A DNA stretch of 20,319 nt from Octopus sinensis (taxonomy: Eukaryota): positions 1 through 20,319 of the forward strand of contig NW_021823978.1 in NCBI RefSeq assembly GCF_006345805.1, read 5' to 3'. The notes under the pieces were generated by a model. It saw only the letters and a program-made list of their open reading frames with translations. It was not told where the DNA came from and did no database searches. The position numbers and the translations under genes were made by a program. Shown here piece after piece: positions 12,429-20,319 of this stretch. The stretch's first letter is position 1; each line of letters starts with the position of its first letter.

Positions 12429-12576
12429 ATGTTTGTGTTTGTATTACATGGAGATATTTCTCTACTTCCCCTCCCCAAGCTTTCAGCTATATTTCAACAA
12501 CTCTTAACCTTCACTTGCCCTAGGGCGCTGGGTGTGCCCCGGCAGGTGATTGCATCAAACATGCAGATTAAAAGTA
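10069..12576 (+). mobile_element. 5'-truncated R4/Dong-clade non-LTR retrotransposon (RLE type), family A
   Basis: RT, CCHC and RLE ORF, followed by a ~150-bp 3'UTR with a strong hairpin. Flanked by (AAT)n on both sides, matching the known TAA-repeat target of Dong elements. Confidence 0.92.
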
Positions 12577-12589
12577 AATGACAATGATG

Positions 12590-12639
<50 letters not shown>

Positions 12640-12646
12640 TATAATG

Positions 12647-12738
<92 letters not shown>
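12577..12738. repeat. Compound (AAT)n/(GAT,AAT)n array between the two Dong elements
   Basis: Directly visible. Confidence 0.95.
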
Positions 12739-12739
<1 letters not shown>

Positions 12740-13028
12740 GCAAAAGGAGCTGATTGCTACCTAGCTCAGACACCAGGAAACCCCAAAATGGCAGAAATTC
12801 AAAAGATAGTGCTTTTGGGAACTGCTCATATCCTACGGGAAATACTTTCTATGTAATCTCAAGTTTTAAAACAAACATGATTTTCTTACGGTTTCATAAA
12901 CAGTCTCTAGAACAGCACTATGTACAAAACCAAATATATGGCACTCTAGGCATAGCACCAATATGAACTTCCAAATTGTTGTCTCTTGAGGTCTCTGGGT
13001 GAGACTTGGAGCCAACTTGTACAAATGT
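12737..13028 (+). mobile_element. 3' terminal fragment of a second R4/Dong family (family B), left part
   Basis: Encodes IAKGADCYLAQTPGNPKMAEIQKIVLLGTAHILREILSM* (stop 12854-12856), homologous to the family A C-terminus IKKGCQKHLDNIPGKPCLKEIQKIVLTSTAHILRKTLSM*. Followed by a 3'UTR with a different sequence. Confidence 0.88.
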
Positions 13029-15486
13029 TAGTTAGTTAGTTAGTTAGTTAATTTGGCTCAAAAGCAAATAGCAAGGCCATGTAGGGGGACATGGAGTTAA
13101 GTACAGGGTGGTGTTCATGTAAAGAGTTCAGGCCACTTGAGGTCCAGGGAGGCTTTGAACAAAGCGGTCGTCGGCATCTTCACCATCTCATCTGGCAGCT
13201 TGTTCCACGGATCCGCAACCCGGACGGAGAACGCTCCTCTCCTTCGATTGAGATGAAATCGTCGCAGGTAGAGCTTTTCGGAATGACCCCGCAGCCGACG
13301 CTCCGGAGCAGGAGTGAAGAACAGCTCTTTCGAGAGGTTACACTTCCCGCTTATGATGTTGTGGGCGAGAATGAGATCACCACGGCGGCGGCCGTTTTTC
13401 AAGAGAATAAAGGTCGAGCGTCCTCAGCCTTTCTTCGTAGGACAAATTTTTGAGACCATGAACCAGGCGGGTAGCCAGCCTCTGGACTCTTTCGAGGTGC
13501 TGTATGTCTTTGAGGAGATAAGGAGAAGAGGCTTGAATCCCATACTCCAATATGGGTCTCACCAGCGTGACATAGAGTGGCAGGAATATGGCTGCTGTGA
13601 GCACTCCGAAAGACCGTCGAATCAAAAACAGAATTCCGCGCGCTTTGTTGGCAGCATGGACGCACTGGGCCGAAGGCGAAAAGGAGGAATCCACCAAGAT
13701 ACCCAGGTCCTTTACCTGATCGGTCCTCTCCAGCAGCAGACGACCGGCTCGAAATCAAGTTGAGTTGTAGGAGTAGAGCCGACAGGCAGATGACAGCACT
13801 TTGACACGTTCAGACACAGGTCCCAATCGTTAGACCACTTCCAAATTTGGTGGAGGCATCGACGAAGATCCTCTATACTACCGCGAGGAGCGACCAGTTT
13901 GATATCGTCGGCAAATAGAAGGGTGTGTTGCGTGAGGTCGTCGGGCAAGTCATTTATGAAGACTAAGAACAACAAGGGCCCAAGCACTGAACCTTGAGGC
14001 ACGCCACTGCTCGCACTGGAGACGTCGGACCGCGAACCATTAACTTGAACTTGGAAGGAGCGATCTGAGAGGAAGGCACCAACCCATCGTACAATATCCG
14101 GATGGAAACTATATGCTTGAAGCTTGACAAGTAGTAGGCGGTGGTTTACCGAGTCAAAAGCTTTGGCAAAGTCCAATAAAACGATGTCAACAGCATCACT
14201 ATCATCGAGGATGCGCGTCACCAATTCTTCCATTACTAGTAAGTTGGTCAGCAGCATGATCTCTTCGGCACGAAGCCGTGTTGGGAATCAGTGATCGAGG
14301 CTGTGCTTAGGAGGTGGAGCATCATACTTTTCTTAAGGATGGTTTCGAACATCTTGCTGATTATTGATGTAAGGGAAACCGGTCGGTAGTTAAGCGGGTC
14401 TTCGCGGCTCCCTTTCTTGAAAATTGGGCAGATTATCGCTGTTCTCCAGTCTGCAGGTATAACACCCGTCGCCAATGACATATTGAATAGTCGTGTTAAG
14501 GGCTCGCAGATGACCGGAGCCAACGCTTTGATAACCCGTGGGTGTATGCCGTCAGGGCCGTGACCCTTGTTGACATCGAGGCCTTGAATAACACGTTTGA
14601 CTTGGTCCCGCGTGATGATCAATCGAAGCATTGGAGGTACCGATCTATCAAATGGAGGGGGTTCACGACCATCATCTTGTTTGAAAATAGTTGAAAAAGC
14701 CTCGGCAAATAATTGACTCTGTTGATAAGGGTCCTCAATCGATACGCCTGTTGAGTCTACCATGTTAAATCTGGTTGTTCAAGCGGGAATTCCGCTGGAC
14801 ATGGGCAAAGAAGGTTTTTGGATTGCTACTGGCATTTGCCGCGATTTTGTATTCATAACTGAAGCGTTCTTTCTTTTCAATTTTCACGGCTCGTCTCGTT
14901 GAGTTTTGTACACCTCAAAAGCTGCAGTCGAATCCAGATTTTTGAATTCAGCCCAAGCAATATCTCTGAGTCGACGTTCTCGTTTAACCTTCTTCGTCAC
15001 CCAGGGCTTGTGTTTCTTCCTCTTGGGAAGTCCAACGGGAACTGCCTGGTCAGTCAAACAGATTACATATGCTTTGAGGGATGACCATAGTTCGTCAACT
15101 GAGGACAACGTCATCAGGGAACGCCAGTCCAGAAGCGCGGAAGCCTCGGTTAGAATTTCAAGATTAATTGCAGAGAAGACTCTACGTGGCAGCGAAGTAA
15201 TCGTGGGCGTGGAAAAAGTTGTGTGCATGACGAACTTCAGGACCGCATGATCACTCTTGGCAAGAGGGGCGCACACAGATACGTCTGACACTGATCTTGG
15301 ATAGCGGGAGAATACCAGATCTAGCATAGATGGCTGCTGCCCAGACCGATGCCTTGTCGGATATTCAACATGTTGCGATAGAAAACAATCTTCAGCCACG
15401 TCAAGAAGGGCCTGGCCGAACCGGGAAGATGTTGTACAAATTGATGCGGGCCAATCGATCATGGGAGCGTTGAAGTCGCCTAGTAC
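13029..15486 (-). mobile_element. 5'-truncated CR1-group LINE with (TAAC)n tail and 7-bp TSD CAAATGT (13022-13028 / 15487-15493)
   Basis: APE-C-terminus + RT ORF2, ~60-nt 3'UTR with stem-loop, (TTAG)n on the plus strand at 13028-13050, and an identical 7-mer on both sides. Confidence 0.9.
13115..15486 (-). pseudogene. ORF2 (apurinic endonuclease C-terminal part + reverse transcriptase) of a CR1-group LINE, frameshifted
   Basis: VLGDFN, LDLVF, SDH (APE); GPDGI, NYRPVSLTS, DFAKAFDSV, SGVPQGSVLGPLLF, FADD, KDLGI, RPILEY, LERVQR, RRRGDLI, LRGH, WNKLP. Five frameshifts (~14892, ~14767, ~14252, ~13745, ~13392) and no nonsense codon seen in the reconstructed frame. Stop at 13115-13117. Confidence 0.93.
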
Positions 15487-15526
15487 CAAATGTAAAGCAA
15501 AAGTCAAACATAAAATAATAATAATC

Positions 15527-15570
<44 letters not shown>
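15487..15570 (+). mobile_element. Right part of the Dong family B 3'UTR plus its (AAT)n tail (15514-15570)
   Basis: Removing the CR1 and one TSD copy gives a continuous ...GCCAACTTGTACAAATGTAAAGCAAAAGTCAAACATAAAATAATAAT, which ends in (AAT)n as family A does. Confidence 0.75.
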
Positions 15571-15744
15571 CACTATGAATTTTTCTTCTTTTAATTTTGT
15601 TTCTATTTTTAGCCGAGTGTCTCCCCGACACATGGGGTAAAGAAACTCACTGTATACATTGATAAGTCATTAAAATTATCACACCTAATTGTTTGTTTAC
15701 AGAATCGAATAAAGTTATGTAGGAAAGATTATTTGCATGGAAAG

Positions 15745-15808
15745 TTATTATTATTGTCATTGTTGTTCATATTTTATTGTTGCTGTTGTCGTTGTTGTTG
15801 TTGTTGTA

Positions 15809-15855
<47 letters not shown>

Positions 15856-15892
15856 CATCATCATCATCATCATCATCATATTATTATTATTG
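15745..15892. repeat. Compound (TTG)n/(TTA)n/(TCA)n trinucleotide array
   Basis: Directly visible. Confidence 0.93.
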
Positions 15893-16849
15893 TTAGTGGT
15901 GAGAGACTTAATTCAGACAAGTGTAACTGAAGGAAATAATTTTAATTTTTAGAAATTTTTTTAAAATTTTATTTCACACGGACTACTTTATTAAATATTT
16001 TAGAAATGGCTTCCTCTTGCTGGGATCATACAATGAGATGGATGGCTTTTTGTGTGTATTTTTCTTTTCCTTTTACTATTTGATGCCACAGCAAAATCTT
16101 ACACCAAACAGAAGGGATAAATATAAAACTATATTATGACAAAATGGCTGAAAATTTAAAATTATACTCTCTTATAGAAAATGCAACACAATAAACAGCC
16201 TGGTTAACAACAACAAAATAGGATATATGCACATATGAATTATGTAAAATATCCTTTGCAAGCTTTCCTTCTAACGAAATACCTTTTAATATGGAAATTT
16301 CGCTGAAAGTACGAAAGCTTGAAAATTATTTTGTGTACAAGACGTCTGCCATCTTACCACACCGAATTACAGAAACCCACAATAGCAGAATAATCTGTGC
16401 TTTGCCAGGACCATGGATCTTTCTTCGATTTACCCAACGATAACTTACTCACAGCAATGGCAGATATTTCAAGAGAAATTTCTTTCGTTGAGAAAGGCAG
16501 TACGTATGGCACCGTGTTTGAAACAAGAGGGGACGAACGGAAAAGGAAAACCCAAATGGTTTATGAATTGTTTATACTGCTGGTTCTGTGGTATTTAAGA
16601 AGGTGCAGCATTTGGGGCATCGATGAAAATATCCAGTCCCGGGTATTCGGTACATTTGTGATGCAATATGGTTAGATGGTCGGAGCAGACATAATAATGT
16701 AGCCGGGCGAGTTGACCATGAACACACAAGTCTTCATGGCTCCGTATGAAAACAGAACAATACCAAAACTGTTCTGTAGATGTTATAGGTAAGACCATAA
16801 ACAATCTTAGCATCCAAGGTAGACCGTCCAGCCGTGACACACGAAGGTT

Positions 16850-17412
16850 TTGATAGTGTTAGTAGTGATGATAATGATGATGATGATGATGTTGATGATG
16901 ATGATGATGATGATGATGATGTTGATAGCGGTGGTTTTGATACTGTTATGATGGTGGTAGCGAAGGTGGTTGCGCTGGCTGTGATGACGATGAGGACAAG
17001 GACGACGATGACGATGATGGTGGTGGTGGTGATAGTGGTGGTGATAGTAATGGTAGTAGTGGTGGTAGTGATGGTGGTGATAGTGGTGGTGATAGAGATG
17101 GTGGTGGTGATAGTGGTGGTTTGATAGTTATGTTTGTGACGACGTTGATGGCGGTGATTTTGGTGATGCGATGATGATAACAGTGAAGATGTTAATGACG
17201 ACGACGACGACGATGATGATGATGATGATGATGATTGGATAACAGTGGTGTTTGATGGTGGCACCGGTGGTGGCGGTAGTGTTAATGATGATGATGATGA
17301 TGATGACGACCGATGCTGCTATTGTTTAACTCCAGTTCAGCAACACTGATTCGACAAAACTTATTATCAAAGACATTCCACAGAGATTCCTCCTCGTTCT
17401 CCCTTTCTGTAG

Positions 17413-17459
<47 letters not shown>

Positions 17460-17686
17460 TGGTGGTGGTGGTGGTGGTGGTGGTGGTGGTTGTGATGATG
17501 ATGATGAGGGCAATTATATTTAAATGGTGCCGTTGTTAGTGGTGGTACTAGTGTTGATGCTGGTGGTGGTGGTGGTGGTGGTGGTGCTGCTGCTGCTGGA
17601 GGTGGTGGTGGGAGTGATGGTGGAGGGGTCGTCGTCGTCGTCGTAAAGATAACGGCATTTAGCATGTTTGACTTTAATGATGGTAA

Positions 17687-17722
<36 letters not shown>

Positions 17723-18085
17723 GATGATGAGGATGGTGATGATGATGATCATCATCATCATCACCATGGTGATGACGGTGATGATGAATGATGATGTGAT
17801 GATGATGATGATGATGATGATGAGATGATGATGATGATGATGATGATGATGATATGATGATGGTGATGGTGATCATGATCATGATGATCATGATGATCAT
17901 GACGACGACGACCACCACCACGATGATGATGATGATGATGATGATGACGAAGAGGACGTCGACCACCACCACCACGATGACGATGATCGTGGCAATGATT
18001 GCAATGGTGGTTGTGGTGAAGGTTTGATAATGGTTCGCAGGGATAAAGATGGTGATGGTGATGACGGTGGTGGTGGTGGGGGGGG
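16850..18085. repeat. Long compound trinucleotide tract (GAT, GGT, GAC, ATT, GCT) with small unique islands
   Basis: Directly visible; the plus strand is strongly G/T-biased. Confidence 0.93.
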
Positions 18086-18149
18086 ATAGCGTTAATGTTA
18101 TTGTTTTCTTGATAAAATATTTATCGTCCAATGGATTCTCATCCGTCAT

Positions 18150-18550
18150 ACATTATTTTATATATATACGTGTCGATACATATATATGGTACATATACAT
18201 ACACACACATAAAGATATATAATATATACATATATACATTCCCACTCATTTCTGTATGTATGTAAGTATATATCATGCCACACACACACACACACACACA
18301 CACATACCACACATCCACACCTGCATATAATTATGCATTTATGTATTACGTATATACATACATATATACATACATACATAGAGATAATAGAAATATGTGT
18401 GTGTGTATGTATGCATGTATATATGTAGGAAAGTAGAGAGGTGTGTATGTACGTACGCATGCATGTATGTATGCACATAACTATAAGTATGTGTAAAGGC
18501 GTTCCTTAGGATGCATATACGCATACACATACACACAAACACACACACAC

Positions 18551-18597
<47 letters not shown>

Positions 18598-18681
18598 GTA
18601 TATACATATATACACATACTCACCGCACGATCAGGCATACATACACACTCACAGAACCACTACACACACATACAGACATAT

Positions 18682-18752
<71 letters not shown>

Positions 18753-18860
18753 AGCATGTAAGCATGTATATACATATATACACATACTCACCGCACGATC
18801 ACACATACATACTTAGACATTCACAGAACCACCACACACACGTCCACGCACACATATGCA
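18150..18860. repeat. Compound (AT)/(CA)/(ATGT) low-complexity region including a ~168-bp tandem duplication
   Basis: CACCGCACGATC at 18621 and 18789, each followed by CACAGAACCAC. Confidence 0.85.
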
Positions 18861-19239
18861 TTGACGCACATTCATATTAAGAGGGATATTTTCAGAGGAA
18901 TCAGTGACCCCTCCAATCCCATCTCATCTCTTACACGTTCTTAATAAATTCCTTCTTAATATTGCTTCAAACGGTTAAACACTATTATGTTATCGAATTA
19001 GAATACGAGGAAGCATAGCGCTCCATTATTATCACGCTACTGTGACGATATATCCATAACGTCATCATATAAAACGAAGACAGTGTAGATTATCTGCAGA
19101 TATCACACACTTTGAAGTTATTAATGGAAACATTGAAGACTGTTGATAAATTATATGGGATATAGCAATCGTTTACTATAAATGGTACGGTGGTACAGGT
19201 ACGGTTGGGTGTATGTAGATGTGGTTATGTAGGTATTTA

Positions 19240-19324
19240 TGGGACTCTGTACGTTTGTGTATGTGTATTTGTGTGTGCATATGCATGTTTCTACACATGT
19301 GGATGTATGTGTGTATGTATATGC

Positions 19325-19380
<56 letters not shown>

Positions 19381-19457
19381 ATATGTATGTATACTCGTAT
19401 ATGCATACATGTATATATGTGTGTGTGTGTGTGCATGTATAACTGCATATGCATACG

Positions 19458-19491
<34 letters not shown>

Positions 19492-20253
19492 TATGTATGT
19501 ATGTATAGTCGCATATGCATACGTATATATACATATGTGTATGTATGTGCATGTATGTGAGTTTGCAATGCTTGTAGGTATACGTTTATGCATGTATCTG
19601 TGTATGTAAGTGCCCTCGTATGCATATATGTATGTTTATAAATGTGTGTGTGTGTGTGCGTGTGTTTGAGCGTATGTATCTATGTGTATACTTATGCGCA
19701 TATATGAATATGTGTATGTATATGTGCTTGTATACATGTATGGGTGTATGTAGGTATGCATGTATGTATGTAGAAAAATTGCATTTATTATATATGTATA
19801 TATAAGTAAGCTGGGATGTAAAACTGTATTTGTATATGCGTATATAAACATCTATATATATATATGAATGTATTTGTGTATGCGTTAATTACATCCTGTA
19901 CGTATGCATATATATATATAGACGTATATACATACATGCATATATGCACACCAACATATATTTAGAGAGAGAGAGATACATATATATTTATACCTGCATT
20001 CCAGCATACTTAATACATATAAAATGTGTGCGTCGGTATGTGTGTGTGTATGTGTGTATTTGGTGTGTGTGCGTGTGTGTGTGGTGTGTGAGTGTGTGTG
20101 AGTGTACATATATTCGCATATATACCTACATATATGCAGAAGTACGCTTAAGGCTTTTCGGAGAATTCGAATGTTCTGTATTATAGTTCTTGATGTACTC
20201 TCTTTCTCTATCTTTTCTATCTATCTATCTGTCTATCTCTCTCTCTCTCCCTC

Positions 20254-20291
<38 letters not shown>

Positions 20292-20319
20292 CTTTTATCT
20301 ATCTATCTGTCTATCTGTC
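19240..20319. repeat. Compound (GT)/(AT)/(ATGT) low-complexity region ending in (CTAT)n/(CT)n
   Basis: Directly visible. Confidence 0.9.

Noticed and set aside
13091-13763. Plus-strand ORFs of 120 and 149 aa
   Set aside because: Antisense shadows of the CR1 ORF2.
16627-16749. Peptide KYPVPGIRYICDAIWLDGRSRHNNVAGRVDHEH, faintly SET-domain-like
   Set aside because: It lacks the NHSC motif, is bounded by stops, and has no supporting splice sites.
16734-18149. Long Thr/Ser/His/Ile/Pro-rich minus-strand ORFs
   Set aside because: Trinucleotide arrays are stop-free in some frames by construction, and the homopolymeric tracts switch arbitrarily.

Overview
AT-rich, microsatellite-saturated animal DNA, most likely intronic or intergenic. 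The repeat landscape (tRNA-derived CORE-type SINEs, dense AT/AGAT/AAT arrays) points to an Octopus-like cephalopod; this is inferred, not confirmed by a search. No host protein-coding gene can be supported, and most ORFs in the track are translations of simple repeats. The central ~10 kb (5.8-15.6 kb) is a retroelement pile-up: (i) three tRNA-derived SINEs, with a fourth at the window start; (ii) two Penelope-like remnants carrying variant hammerhead ribozyme motifs, one as a ~97-bp inverted duplication; (iii) an old minus-strand N-terminal remnant of an R4/Dong-clade RLE non-LTR retrotransposon; (iv) a 5'-truncated but nearly intact plus-strand R4/Dong element (RT, CCHC, restriction-like endonuclease) between (AAT)n arrays; (v) the 3' end of a second, different Dong family directly behind it; and (vi) a minus-strand CR1-group LINE inserted into the 3'UTR of that second Dong with a 7-bp target-site duplication. 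The most distinctive observations are a 3'UTR hairpin with an identical UGGGU loop and re-written stems shared by the two Dong families, the hammerhead variants with an extra A and a palindromic stem III, and the young, GC-richer CR1 with no nonsense codons.
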